This document shows positions 43,644 through 53,650 of a DNA stretch of 64,000 nucleotides, in pieces. The notes beneath the pieces are model-generated. The model saw nothing but the letters and a program-made list of their open reading frames with translations. It did no database searches and was not told the origin of the DNA. The position numbers and the translations under genes are program-made. Source of the stretch: an uncultured Acidobacteriota bacterium (lineage in GTDB: Bacteria > Acidobacteriota > Vicinamibacteria > Fen-336 > JAGNNV01). The stretch lies in NCBI GenBank assembly GCA_964396875.1, contig CAYNHK010000002.1, positions 1,015 through 65,014 on the forward strand, given 5' to 3'. How positions within the stretch are numbered: position 1 is the stretch's first letter; the number at the start of each line of letters is the position of its first letter.

Positions 43644-44632
43644 CGCCGTCCTTTTTCGTAGGCTTCGCTCACCCAGGCCGGCGGATCGGGGGACCCCGTG
43701 CGGGGGCGGCCCATCGCCTGCTCCCAGTGGTGCATCCACGAAATACCCCACCGCCCCACGTACCGGTCGGCCGACAGATAGGCGGGGTCCTCGAGCGCCC
43801 GGGCAAGCGGAACGAACTTGTAGCCCCGGCCCACGAGCCTCCCGAACAGGGCCTTGCCGTGATCGGCGTTGAGTTCATTCGCGTGGAGGAGAAGCACGTG
43901 TCGGATCGGACGCCCGAAGAGCGACTGGCTGAGCCCTTCGTTGAACGTGAAGACGGCGTCCATGTACGCGAGGTAAGCCTCGGCCGTCTTCGCGGCCTGG
44001 CCGGCATCACCCGCCCATAGCGCAGCCGCGTAGACCGCGGCGAAGATGTAGTCGTCGTTGTCGATGGTCACGGGGGCCACGGTGTAGCCCCGCTTGAGCA
44101 GCCACGCCTCGAACGCCTGGCGCTTTTGAAGATCGAGACCGACCTGGAGGAATGGGTGCCGGAAGTACCTCAGCCTTCGGGCGGTCGAGCCCAGCAGGGT
44201 CGAAGTCACCGGCTCGCCGCGCACGACATCCGCCTGGAACTCCTCGATGGGAAGATCGTTGAGGCTGCGGTGTGAATAGGTGTGGTTCCCGAGTTCGAAC
44301 CCCGCGGCCAGCCACTTCGCGAGCAGGGCTATGCGGGCCGACTGACCGTCCAGTCCCTCGCCCGGCACCGTGAGTTTGCCTTCATTTACGAACCCGACCA
44401 CCGGCACTGCGAGCGCAGTGAAGTTTGCGAGCAGTCGATCCGTGAACGTTGCGAGCGAGGCCGGATCGCCCCCCACGACGCTCACCGCCGGCAGGTCGTC
44501 AAAGGTAACCGCGATCTCTCGCGGCGGCGCGGGCGACTGCGCGCCAACCCGCCCCGCGCGGACCGCCATCAGGCCGATCGCAAGTGCGGCCGCCACGCCA
44601 AGGAAAAGCGTCCGTCCAGAAGTGGCCTTCAC
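43640..44632 (-). CDS. Secreted polysaccharide deacetylase (NodB homology) family protein
   Basis: A signal peptide is present. The motifs are IAVTFDDLP and [10 protein letters not shown]. The GTG start overlaps the amidase stop. The gene's own stop overlaps the coaA start. Confidence 0.8.
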   Translation of the reverse strand: MKATSGRTLFLGVAAALAIGLMAVRAGRVGAQSPAPPREIAVTFDDLPAVSVVGGDPASLATFTDRLLANFTALAVPVVGFVNEGKLTVPGEGLDGQSARIALLAKWLAAGFELGNHTYSHRSLNDLPIEEFQADVVRGEPVTSTLLGSTARRLRYFRHPFLQVGLDLQKRQAFEAWLLKRGYTVAPVTIDNDDYIFAAVYAAALWAGDAGQAAKTAEAYLAYMDAVFTFNEGLSQSLFGRPIRHVLLLHANELNADHGKALFGRLVGRGYKFVPLARALEDPAYLSADRYVGRWGISWMHHWEQAMGRPRTGSPDPPAWVSEAYEKGRR

Positions 44633-46263
44633 TCGGATCGTCCCGGAAGGAGGACGGTTGAAGCGTGTGTCGGAGGCTTCCTGTGTTTCGTGGCCTGCTC
44701 GAAGGCATAGGCGTATCGGATCAGGGCCGCCTCCGACCAGGCCGGCCCGATGAGAGTCATGCCCACGGGAAGGCCCGAAATGAATCCCGCCGGCACCGTA
44801 ATCGCGGGGTATCCCGCCACCGCCGGCGGCTGGGAACTCGACACGCCGCCGAACGAGTCGCCATTCACCAGGTCAGTGAGCCACGCCGGCGCGCCCGTTG
44901 GAGCGAGGATCGCGTCCAGCTTGTCTTTCGCGAGAGCTTTGTCGATCCCGTCTCGACGCGACGCTTTCAGATTCTTCTCGAGCGCGTCTCGATACTCCTT
45001 CGCCTCGAGACCGCCCTTCTTCTGGGCTTGATAGAAGATCTCCTGGCCGAAGTAGGGCATCGACGCTGCTTTGTTCTCTTCGTTGAACCGGATCAGATCG
45101 TCCAGGCTGCGGATTCCGAGCCCCGGATCCAGGGTCGCGAGGAAGGCATTGAGACCCGCCTTGAACTCGTAGAGCAGCACTTCGAACTCGCTGTCGCCGT
45201 ACTCCTGACCGGGCGACAACTCGCAGCCATCGATCAGGACCGCGCCCGCTTCCTTCATCGCGGTGATGACATCTTCCATCACCCGGTCCACCCGGGCGTC
45301 GCGTCCGAAGAACTTCCGACCGATTCCGATGCGCGCGCCGCGAAGCCCGCCCCGGTCGAGGAACGTGGTGTAGTCCAAAGGCGCGCGGCCCGAACGAAGC
45401 GAGGTGGCCCGGTCCCGCGGATCGATTGCCGCGAGTGCGGTCAAAACCGCGGCGGCATCTGCGACCGTCCGGGTCATTGGCCCCGCAGTGTCCTGAGAAT
45501 GAGCGATAGGAATGATCCCGGAGCGGCTCACCAGACCCAAGGTGGGTTTGATGCCGACGACGCCGTTTCCTGACGAAGGGCAGACGATGGAGCCGTCGGT
45601 CTCGGTGCCAATGGCGGCCGCGCAGAGGTTCGCGGAAACCGCGGCGCCCGAGCCTGAACTCGAGCCGCAGGGGTTCCGGTCGAGCGCGTAAGGGTTCCGG
45701 CACTGGCCACCGCGACCGCTCCAGCCGCTGCTGCTCTTCGTGGAGCGGAAGTTCGCCCACTCCGAGAGGTTCGCTTTTCCGAGGATCACCGCACCCGCAA
45801 GACGGAGCCGCTCGACCACGAACGCATCCTTCTTCGCGATGTGACGGGCCAGGGCCAGCGAGCCCGCGCTCGTCACCATGGCGTCCGCGGTTTCGATGTT
45901 GTCCTTGACCAGGATGGGAATGCCGTGAAGCGGGCCGCGAGTGCGGCCGGAGCTACGTTCGGCGTCGAGTGCGGTCGCGATCTCGAGCGCGTCCGGGTTC
46001 GTCTCGATCACGCTCGCAAGGCCCTCGGGGCCTCGGTCGACCGAGGCAATCCGGCCCAGATACGCTCTCGTCAGATCCGAGGAGGTGAGATCCCCCGCGG
46101 CCATTCGCCCAACAAGGTCCACCAGACTCGCCTCGGCGTGCTCGAACGTCGCAGCCGCGGGTCGCGGGGAGGGCTGGGCCGGCGCCGCGGGGGAAGCGAC
46201 GGCGCCCGACGGTTGTATAGCTGCCGCTGCGCCGAGCTTCAGGAATTCACGCCGCGCCGTCAC
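44629..46263 (-). CDS. Amidase-signature family amidase with twin-arginine signal
   Basis: The Tat motif is TARREFLKLGAAAA. AS-family motifs are present (GPLHGIPILVKDN; GGSSGGSGAAVSANL..AAIGTETDGSI..P). Confidence 0.9.
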   Translation of the reverse strand: MTARREFLKLGAAAAIQPSGAVASPAAPAQPSPRPAAATFEHAEASLVDLVGRMAAGDLTSSDLTRAYLGRIASVDRGPEGLASVIETNPDALEIATALDAERSSGRTRGPLHGIPILVKDNIETADAMVTSAGSLALARHIAKKDAFVVERLRLAGAVILGKANLSEWANFRSTKSSSGWSGRGGQCRNPYALDRNPCGSSSGSGAAVSANLCAAAIGTETDGSIVCPSSGNGVVGIKPTLGLVSRSGIIPIAHSQDTAGPMTRTVADAAAVLTALAAIDPRDRATSLRSGRAPLDYTTFLDRGGLRGARIGIGRKFFGRDARVDRVMEDVITAMKEAGAVLIDGCELSPGQEYGDSEFEVLLYEFKAGLNAFLATLDPGLGIRSLDDLIRFNEENKAASMPYFGQEIFYQAQKKGGLEAKEYRDALEKNLKASRRDGIDKALAKDKLDAILAPTGAPAWLTDLVNGDSFGGVSSSQPPAVAGYPAITVPAGFISGLPVGMTLIGPAWSEAALIRYAYAFEQATKHRKPPTHASTVLLPGRSE

Positions 46264-47160
46264 CTATTTCCCCGCCGCCATTGCGCGCTTCAGGGCTTCG
46301 ATGGTCTGGTCCACGCGTCGCTCCACGATTCGCCGCGCGTTCGCCTGGGTCGTTTCCAGCGGGGAGAGTTTGACGCCATTGATCGTGTCCCTTCCTTTCG
46401 CCACGCGCTGAGGCAGTCGGATCGATACTGGATCCACCAGCGCCATGATCGCGCTGATGGCGTAGTCGTCGTGGAGTCCCTCGTCGATCTGCTTGATCCC
46501 CATCGTGTTCTCGATCCACTCGTGGAGAAACGCGTACTGGTAGAACTCGGGGACGTAGTAGATCCGATTCGAAACCCCCGCGGCGACCCACCGCGCGTTG
46601 AGCGTCTCCGCCACCTTTTTCATGCCCGCCTGGTTGCCTCCGGAGTCCCCGATGAAGACGATGGTCCTGAAACCCGTGCTCTTGAGCGAAGACGCCACGT
46701 CGCTGAGCAGCGCCTCGAACGTGGCGGCACTGAGACTGATCGTTCCGGGGTACCTCATGTGTCCGGAGGGCGGATCGATTTCGCCCTCCGGGACGAACTG
46801 GATGATTGAGGAAACCAGGGCGTTGCCGAGCCGCCGGGCGAGCACATCCGTGGTCGCGCGAAGCACGATGTTGTGTTTCGCCGAGACAAGGTAGGGGCCG
46901 TTCTGCTCGAGGCCGCCGGTGGCGACAATCACGGTGTCCTTCCCCGCCTTCATGGCATCGCGAATCTCCATCCACGTCATCTCCTCCATGAACACCGTGT
47001 CCACGCCGTCGATGGGCCGGGGGGCGAGTGGATCCGGCGAACCGGCGGTGGCGCTGGCCCCCGGTGCGGGTGGGCCGGGCGAGGGGGTGGCTGTCTGGGC
47101 CAGGGCCTGAGCGCTCAGGAAGACGGCGCCGGCGGCCAGGATCGAGGTAACGGTCTTCAT
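46264..47160 (-). CDS. Creatininase-family amidohydrolase with signal peptide
   Basis: From the ATG at 47160 a signal peptide is present (MKTVTSILAAGAVFLSAQALA). Motifs follow: TVIVATGGLEQNGPYL, RYPGTISL and FIGDSGGN. The gene abuts the amidase start. Confidence 0.75.
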   Translation of the reverse strand: MKTVTSILAAGAVFLSAQALAQTATPSPGPPAPGASATAGSPDPLAPRPIDGVDTVFMEEMTWMEIRDAMKAGKDTVIVATGGLEQNGPYLVSAKHNIVLRATTDVLARRLGNALVSSIIQFVPEGEIDPPSGHMRYPGTISLSAATFEALLSDVASSLKSTGFRTIVFIGDSGGNQAGMKKVAETLNARWVAAGVSNRIYYVPEFYQYAFLHEWIENTMGIKQIDEGLHDDYAISAIMALVDPVSIRLPQRVAKGRDTINGVKLSPLETTQANARRIVERRVDQTIEALKRAMAAGK

Positions 47161-47302
47161 TCGGTGGCGGATCTCCAGGATTCGAGCGCGAGAGCGACGG
47201 TGAAGCAAAGGCAGGGGATCTTAGCCCGTCGATGAGCGCCCGCGGCAAAGAAGCCCGGGGCCTGTCGGAACCGGTCGCCAGCCGGTATATGGTCGCGCTC
47301 CG

Positions 47303-48145
47303 ATGAGACTCCGGCCGCTGACCTTCGCCCTCGTTCTGTGCCTCGGCCGGAGCCTCGAGGCTCAGGACCAGCCCTGGAAACGGAGGTTCGAAAATACCTT
47401 CGCCTTCGTCGTGAACCCCCTGGGCATCCAGAATGCCTTTGACGTCTCGTGGACGCGCTCGATCACAAAGAGTCAGAGCCTGATCGTGAAGGACGCCCAT
47501 GTGGCGACGGGTATCTCCAGCAAACTCACGCCCGCGTTCAAGCGACTCGGCGCCTGGTTCGAATACGCGCCCTTATCGATCCTGGATCTGCGGGTGGGTC
47601 TCGAACCCGTCTACTACTTCGGAACCTACAAGGTGTTCCTGCCCTTCGACCGCGTCGATGCGCGCTTCGACGACGACGTTATCGAGTCCCGCGTCGACGA
47701 GGCGGCATCAGGTTTCGCGGGACGCGTCTATTTCTCCCCCACCCTCAAGGCCCGGGCCGGCGCCTGGGTGGCGCGGGTAAAGACAGAAGTCTCCTGGTGG
47801 AAGTCACAGGAAAAAGGTGAACCCTTCTTCTACGAACCCGCCTGGGACACCCTGATCGGCTCCTCCGGATCGAGGGTGGTGACCGTCGAGGCGCTGGCTC
47901 TGCGCGAGGTGAAGCTGAACGGAGAGAAGACCCTCCTCGTGGGCCCGGTTTACGACCTCACCACGGTCAGCGATGCGCGCGTCAACCGGAAGCAGGACAT
48001 TGGCGTGCTCGCGGTCTGGTCTTCGGCCGGACAGTTCCATGCCCTCAAGAACCCGACGATCGCGCTGAAGGTCATCTACTTCCTGGAAGACCCGTGGCGT
48101 CGCCACGAGCCCGCCGCGCAACTGGCCTTCGTCTTCGGTCTGTAG
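47303..48145 (+). CDS. Hypothetical outer-membrane beta-barrel-like protein
   Basis: A signal peptide is present (LTFALVLCLGRSLEA). The sequence has an alternating-hydrophobicity, strand-like pattern. The C-terminus is FVFGL. No family was recognised. Confidence 0.5.
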   Translation: MRLRPLTFALVLCLGRSLEAQDQPWKRRFENTFAFVVNPLGIQNAFDVSWTRSITKSQSLIVKDAHVATGISSKLTPAFKRLGAWFEYAPLSILDLRVGLEPVYYFGTYKVFLPFDRVDARFDDDVIESRVDEAASGFAGRVYFSPTLKARAGAWVARVKTEVSWWKSQEKGEPFFYEPAWDTLIGSSGSRVVTVEALALREVKLNGEKTLLVGPVYDLTTVSDARVNRKQDIGVLAVWSSAGQFHALKNPTIALKVIYFLEDPWRRHEPAAQLAFVFGL

Positions 48146-48146
48146 G

Positions 48147-49082
48147 CTAGAAAACCGAGACCTTCAGGTATTTCTTCGGGTTCGCCTTGAGGTCGGCCAG
48201 CAGGTTCTTCATCTCGAGGGAGGTTGCGTTCACGCTCTCGAGCGTCTTGTTGAGATTCGTGTAGAGCACGTCATCCGTGGACAGCTTGCCGAGCGTCCCT
48301 TCGCCGCGCTGGACGCGCCCGAGCACGACATCAAGAGCCTTCGTGGAGTTCTCGACCGTGTTCGCGGTCCTTTCCGCCGAGGCGCTGAGAGTGTCGAGGC
48401 GCTTCATCGCCTTGTCGATCTCCTCGCGCGACGTCGCTTTCTCCACGTTCTGCGAGGCCGCCCGCATCGAGGTGGTGAGCGACTTCAGTTCCTTCTGCTG
48501 CTCGAGAGCGATGGAGGAGAGCCGCTTCAGCAGCTGGTCCAGCTCCTTGACGCTCGCGTGGGTGTCCTTGACCATCGTTTCGGACAGAAGCTCCTGGACC
48601 CGAGTGAGGGTCTTCTTGCCCTGGGTCGCGAGATCGTCGGCCTGCTGCTGAATGCTCGGAGGCACCGCGCCCTCGAGCACGCTGCCATTTTGCGCCATCT
48701 CCGTGCCGGTGCCCGGAATCACGCGCGCGACCATTCCGCCCAGCAGGCCGGCGCTCACCAGTTCAACCCGCGAGTTCGTCGGGATCGTGTTGTACTCGCC
48801 CTCGATCTCGAGAGAGACCGTGACTCCGGCCTCGCCGATGACGAACTTCTGCACACGGCCGATACCCACGCCCAGCATCTGCACGGGGTCGCCTTTGCGG
48901 ACGCCGCTCGCGTCCCTGACAGTGCTGGTGACGATGTAGCGCCCGCGGAACATGGCCGCGTCGGTGAGGGTGAAGAGAAGGTACAAGGTGACCAGGGTGC
49001 CGAGGATGACGAAGAGGCCGACCCAGAGTTCCTGATGTTTCCCTCGGACCGGGGGCGCCACCACGGCGGCTTTTTCACTCAT
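48147..49082 (-). CDS. mlaD: MlaD/MCE-domain protein
   Basis: There is an N-terminal TM helix. The MCE motif is VRKGDPVQMLGVGIGRVQ...VTVSLEI. A long helical C-terminus follows. The gene lies downstream of mlaE and mlaF. Confidence 0.85.
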   Translation of the reverse strand: MSEKAAVVAPPVRGKHQELWVGLFVILGTLVTLYLLFTLTDAAMFRGRYIVTSTVRDASGVRKGDPVQMLGVGIGRVQKFVIGEAGVTVSLEIEGEYNTIPTNSRVELVSAGLLGGMVARVIPGTGTEMAQNGSVLEGAVPPSIQQQADDLATQGKKTLTRVQELLSETMVKDTHASVKELDQLLKRLSSIALEQQKELKSLTTSMRAASQNVEKATSREEIDKAMKRLDTLSASAERTANTVENSTKALDVVLGRVQRGEGTLGKLSTDDVLYTNLNKTLESVNATSLEMKNLLADLKANPKKYLKVSVF

Positions 49083-49085
49083 GAC

Positions 49086-49919
49086 TCATACTCCAATCGA
49101 TACCGCGTGCGCGGATCCAGGTTCGTCGTCGCTCGTTTCGTGCTCGATCAGTTTCAGGGCGGCCCGGGCCGCGGCCTGCCGGTCGGCGAACGCCATGACC
49201 AGGGGATCGTCACTCTTGCGGAACTCGTCGGGAGTTCCGATGAATCGAAGTTTGCCGTTATCGAGCAGGGCCACGCGATGCGACATCTCGAGCGCGCCCT
49301 CGATGTCGTGAGTCACGACGATGGACGTCACCTTCGTCCGCTCGGCGATCGACATGATCAGACGGTTGACGGTGGCCGCGTTCACGGGATCGAGACCGGT
49401 CACCGGCTCGTCATACAGGATGATCCGCGGCTCCCCCACGATGGCCCGGGCCAGGCCAACGCGCTTGCGCATGCCTCCCGACAGCTCCGCGGGAAGTTTG
49501 GAGAGGACCTTGCCGGGGTCGAGGTTCACGTTCTCGAGCGAGTTCGCGATCCTCTCCAGCATCACCTTCTTGTCGAGGGACCTGATCGTCTCGGGATCGA
49601 GGCCCATGGCCACGTTGTCGTAGATGTTCAGAGAGTCGAACAGGGCGGCGTACTGGAAGACGTACCGCACCGTGCGTCGCAGATCCCGAATGCCGGTTCG
49701 CGACGAGTGATAGACGCTCTCTCCATCGATCTTCACATCGCCCCGGTCCGGGGTGATGAGGCCGATGGTGGTCTTGAGGAGGACGCTCTTTCCGGTTCCC
49801 GAGGTTCCGAGAATCGAGATCGTCTCCCCGCGCATCACGCTCAGGCTCACGCCCGAAAGCACGGGCGCGTCGAAACGCTTGTGGACGTCCTCGTAAGCGA
49901 TGGTGACTTCTTCGGCCAT
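49086..49919 (-). CDS. mlaF: ABC transporter ATP-binding protein (MlaF-like)
   Basis: The ATG at 49919 was chosen. Walker A is GTSGTGKS. The signature is LSGGMRKRVGLARA. Walker B is ILYDEPVTGLD. The H-loop is VTHD. Confidence 0.9.
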   Translation of the reverse strand: MAEEVTIAYEDVHKRFDAPVLSGVSLSVMRGETISILGTSGTGKSVLLKTTIGLITPDRGDVKIDGESVYHSSRTGIRDLRRTVRYVFQYAALFDSLNIYDNVAMGLDPETIRSLDKKVMLERIANSLENVNLDPGKVLSKLPAELSGGMRKRVGLARAIVGEPRIILYDEPVTGLDPVNAATVNRLIMSIAERTKVTSIVVTHDIEGALEMSHRVALLDNGKLRFIGTPDEFRKSDDPLVMAFADRQAAARAALKLIEHETSDDEPGSAHAVSIGV

Positions 49920-49936
49920 GACCTTCTCTCGTCGTC

Positions 49937-50731
49937 CTAGTTGAGGAAGAGGGGCGGGAAGGTCGCGTCCACGACGAGAACCGTGATGATCATGAAGACG
50001 ACGGATGTCGTGGTGTTGCGGCCGACGCCTTCGGCGCCGCCGTGGGTGATGAGGCCCATGTGCACCGAGATGATCGGGATCATGAAGCCGAAGACGAACG
50101 CCTTGGCCAGCGAATAGAAGAGATCCCACGAGTGCCAGTACAGACGTGCGCCGTACAGGAATCCCTCGGGGCCGAGGCCCATGGTGGCCCGGGCGGACAC
50201 CAGACCGGTGAGAACGCCCACCGCGTTCGCGACCCCGACCAGCACGGGGGTCACGATCATTCCCGCGATCACCCGGGGCGCGGCGAGATAGGGCACGGGA
50301 TCGCGGCCGAGCGAAACCAGGGCGTCCACCTGCTCCGAAACCGCCATCGTCCCGATCTCGGCGGTGATACGCGCGCCCACCCGGCCGATGAGGACGAATG
50401 CGGTCATGACCGGCCCGAGTTCGAGGACGACGCTCGAAGCGACGACGCTGCCGAGAACGTAGAGCGGGATCGAGGAGGAGAACTGATAACCGCCCTGCTG
50501 CGAGGTGACGATGCCCGAGAGCACGGCGGTCACGAGGACGAGGGGAAGGCTTCCGATCCCCTGCTCGTAGGCCTGCGCGAAGATCATCTTGAGCGACACG
50601 CCGCCCTGCAGAACGGCCATCACGATGCGCACGGTGAGCATGCTGATCTGGCCGACGTGCCGGGCAAAACCCATGCAGCCACGACCAAAGCCCGCGAGCA
50701 GTCTTTCCGGGAGAGAAAATATCGAAGTCAA
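49937..50731 (-). CDS. mlaE: ABC transporter permease (MlaE-like)
   Basis: The motifs are typical of MlaE (LELGPVMTAFVLIGRVGARITAEIGTM.VSEQVDAL.SLG.DP...L..PRV.A). The start is TTG. Confidence 0.9.
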   Translation of the reverse strand: MTSIFSLPERLLAGFGRGCMGFARHVGQISMLTVRIVMAVLQGGVSLKMIFAQAYEQGIGSLPLVLVTAVLSGIVTSQQGGYQFSSSIPLYVLGSVVASSVVLELGPVMTAFVLIGRVGARITAEIGTMAVSEQVDALVSLGRDPVPYLAAPRVIAGMIVTPVLVGVANAVGVLTGLVSARATMGLGPEGFLYGARLYWHSWDLFYSLAKAFVFGFMIPIISVHMGLITHGGAEGVGRNTTTSVVFMIITVLVVDATFPPLFLN

Positions 50732-50786
50732 AGGAGCTGTCTATTTTGCCCTCCCGCCACGCGTTGGCGGAAATCAGGGCGAGGAA

Positions 50787-52104
50787 CTAGCGCGCCGGAC
50801 CCTGCTTGATGACGAGCAATCGGGTGGAGTGGGGATGGAGGAACTCGATGCCGCGTGGGGTGAGGATCGCGTCGTCTTCGATGGGCACACGAAGCTTCGC
50901 GCCACCCCACTCCGGAATCGGCGTGTAGGCGAAGAACTCCACGGAAATCATGTTCGTGGGCTTGAGTTCGTAGGTCAGGCGCCTGGGATTGAAGAACGCC
51001 ATCGAGGGTCCGGCTCCGTGGCCCGTGTTTCCCACCGAGTGCATCCCGACCATCACGTCGGTGGTTTCGCCGCTGTAGGGCTGATTGAATGTGGTCATGA
51101 CCTTGAAGCCCGCCGCCGCGATCGCGTCCTCCACGGTCTTCAGCATCGAGGCGGCCGTGCCCACGGGCTTCGCGGTCCGCTTGATCACTTCGCGGACCTT
51201 CATGGCCTGAGCATAGGCATGGAGATGCCCCTTGGGCGGAGCCGTCTCACCCGGTTTGAGGACGTACGCCTGTCGCTTCACGTCCGTGCAGAAGTTCATC
51301 AGGCAGACGCCCCAGTCAATGGAGAGAAAGTCGCCGCCCTGGATGATCCGGTCGTTGGAGAGTCCCTCGTTTCCCTTCGGTCCCGTGATGTAGACGGATG
51401 GCATGTCGAACGAGGAGCCGAAACCCCGCCGCAGGAGTTCCTCCTGCATCCACCACGCGACTTCGGTGAGTGTGGTCTGCCCCGGGGTGACGATCTCATT
51501 CGAGAGCGCCCGCTCGGCCAGTTCCACCGAATGCTGCGCGGCTTCCGAAAACGTCGCGACCTGAAGTCTGAAACCAGCTTCTCCGCGGACACGAAGCGCG
51601 AGACATAAGGCTCCCCCAGCAGCTTCGAAATCTTGAGGAAGCTCGAGTGCGAGAGTCCGTCCGCGGCGCCGATCTCCTCGGCGTAGTTGAGAGCGATCCG
51701 CCTCGGATTGCGCTCCTTCACAAACGAGAGCAGATCCGGGCCGGTCACGATGTCATATACGCCGCACTGCTCGAGCATGTAGCCGGTGATGCCGAGGGCC
51801 GCCCGCTCGATGCGCGGCCCCCCGCGATCCGTGAACACGTAGTAACCAAGAAGCGATGAGGGATAACCCCGGCCCAGATCCTCGTAGAGCGGATCGTAGG
51901 CCTGCTCCTGCAGGGTCACTATCCACATGTCCACTCCGTTTCCCGCATGACCTCAGGCAGCACGTAGTTGAACTTGTCCGAGCGGATCTGGCAGCCCATC
52001 TGGAAGCGCCGGAGCGCCTCCTGCCGTGCCGGCGCCTGCGCTTCGGCCGGCGCCGAAACCGCGCCAAGGACAACGCAAAGGACGAGCAGGGTCAGGCCTT
52101 TCAT
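50787..52104 (-). pseudogene. M24-family Xaa-Pro aminopeptidase/creatinase-like gene split over three reading frames (two frameshifts)
   Basis: The signal peptide and N-terminus (52104..about 51935, ...YVLPEVMRETE) continue in another frame as VDMWIVTLQEQAYDPLY...SAEKLVSDFRS (to about 51565). A third frame then reads VATFSEAAQHSVELAERALSNE... through the catalytic domain (DFLSIDWG, HSVGNTGHG, ISVEF, IEDD) to 50787. This may be a genuine pseudogene or an assembly indel. Confidence 0.7.
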
Positions 52105-52134
52105 CGATCGCTCCATGAGGGAATTGGGGGGGAA

Positions 52135-53493
52135 CTAGACCACGCGAACTTCGAGATCGTAGGCATGGGCCTTCGTTATCTCGGCCATCACGAACTCACC
52201 GCGGCCGGGCGGACTCTCACCGGGGTCGGATATGAGGACGCTTCCATCTATCTCCGGCGCCTGGGACGCGAGCCGGCCCGCGAGCAGCAGATCGGTCTCC
52301 GGATGAGGCCCTTCGACCAGGACCTCCACGCGGCTGCCAACCCTCGCCTTGTTCCGGCGCAACGAAATCCGTTTCTGGATCCGCATCAACTCGCTTTGGC
52401 GTGCCTTCTTCACCTTCGCGGGGACCCGTCCGTCGAGATCGAACGCCGCGGTGCCGTCCTCATCGGAGTATGTGAAGACGCCGAGATGATCGAACTCCGC
52501 CTGCTCAACGAATGTGGTGAGTTGCTTGAAGTCGTCGTCGGTTTCTCCCGGAAATCCCACGATGAAGGTGGTGCGGAAGGCCACGCCCGGTACACGGTCG
52601 CGCACGCGCTCCACCATGCCGAGGAGATTCCCCTTCCCCGTGGGCCGCTTCATCCGCTTGAGCACCGACTCGCTCGCGTGCTGGAGGGGCATGTCGACGT
52701 ACTTCACGACGCGCTCCTCGCTTGCGATCGCGTCGAGGATCTCGTCCGTGACCGTGGCCGGGTACGCGTACATGACGCGGATCCACCGCACACCCTCGAT
52801 GGCGCCGAGCCGACGGAGAAGCGGGGCGAGGGCCCCCCTTTGCCCGAGGTCCAGGCCGTACCGCGTCGAGTCCTGGGCGACGAGAACGATCTCCTTCACC
52901 CCGGAGGCGGCGAGGCGGCGAACCTCGTTCTCGACGTCTTCGGGACGGCGCGACCGGTGAAGCCCCCGCAGCGTCGGAATGATGCAGAAGGTGCAGGTGT
53001 AGTCGCAGCCCTCGGAGATCTTCACGAACGCGGTGTGCGACGCGGTGGACTGAAGTCGCGGCGAGTCCGCGTCGTAGATCCACTCCGGACGTCTGACCGT
53101 GCGGTCGACAACCGTGGATGTCCCCTCCACCGCGGACACGATCTCGGGAATCTGACCGGTTCCAAGCGTGGCGTCGATCTCCGGAATCTCGCGGCGCAGG
53201 TCCGCGTCGTGGCGTTCGGCGAGACACCCGGTCACCACGAGACGCTTCGAGACACCGCCGGGGCCGGCCTTGAGCTTCGCCATCTCCAACACGGTGTCGA
53301 TCGATTCCTTCTTCGCCCGGTCGATGAAGGCGCAGGTGTTGACCACGATGACGTCGGCCAGGGCGACATCGGTCGCGATCTCATGACCGCGCCGCTTCAG
53401 CGTGCCGAGCATGACCTCCGAATCGACGAGGTTCTTGGGGCATCCGAGGCTCACGAAACCCACGCGTTTGACGTCGCCCGGAGACAGATCCAC
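52135..53493 (-). CDS. rimO: Ribosomal protein S12 methylthiotransferase RimO (radical SAM MTTase)
   Basis: Motifs present are [24 protein letters not shown] and the radical-SAM [13 protein letters not shown] domain forms the C-terminus. A GTG start at 53493 is favoured, with an alternative GTG at 53556. The rest of the 649-aa track ORF is a low-complexity upstream extension. Confidence 0.85.
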   Translation of the reverse strand: MDLSPGDVKRVGFVSLGCPKNLVDSEVMLGTLKRRGHEIATDVALADVIVVNTCAFIDRAKKESIDTVLEMAKLKAGPGGVSKRLVVTGCLAERHDADLRREIPEIDATLGTGQIPEIVSAVEGTSTVVDRTVRRPEWIYDADSPRLQSTASHTAFVKISEGCDYTCTFCIIPTLRGLHRSRRPEDVENEVRRLAASGVKEIVLVAQDSTRYGLDLGQRGALAPLLRRLGAIEGVRWIRVMYAYPATVTDEILDAIASEERVVKYVDMPLQHASESVLKRMKRPTGKGNLLGMVERVRDRVPGVAFRTTFIVGFPGETDDDFKQLTTFVEQAEFDHLGVFTYSDEDGTAAFDLDGRVPAKVKKARQSELMRIQKRISLRRNKARVGSRVEVLVEGPHPETDLLLAGRLASQAPEIDGSVLISDPGESPPGRGEFVMAEITKAHAYDLEVRVV

Positions 53494-53650
53494 CCCCGCC
53501 CGACCGAGGGAAATGGGTTGCCAGTGCGATCCACCTGTCGATTTTTCGTCGGCCACACGGCATTCTAACGAAGGGCGCGCGAAGGGCCGAATGCCGGTTC
53601 GGCCTTGGGATATCCTGCCCGCGCCGCAACGAATACCGAAGACTGGGGGA

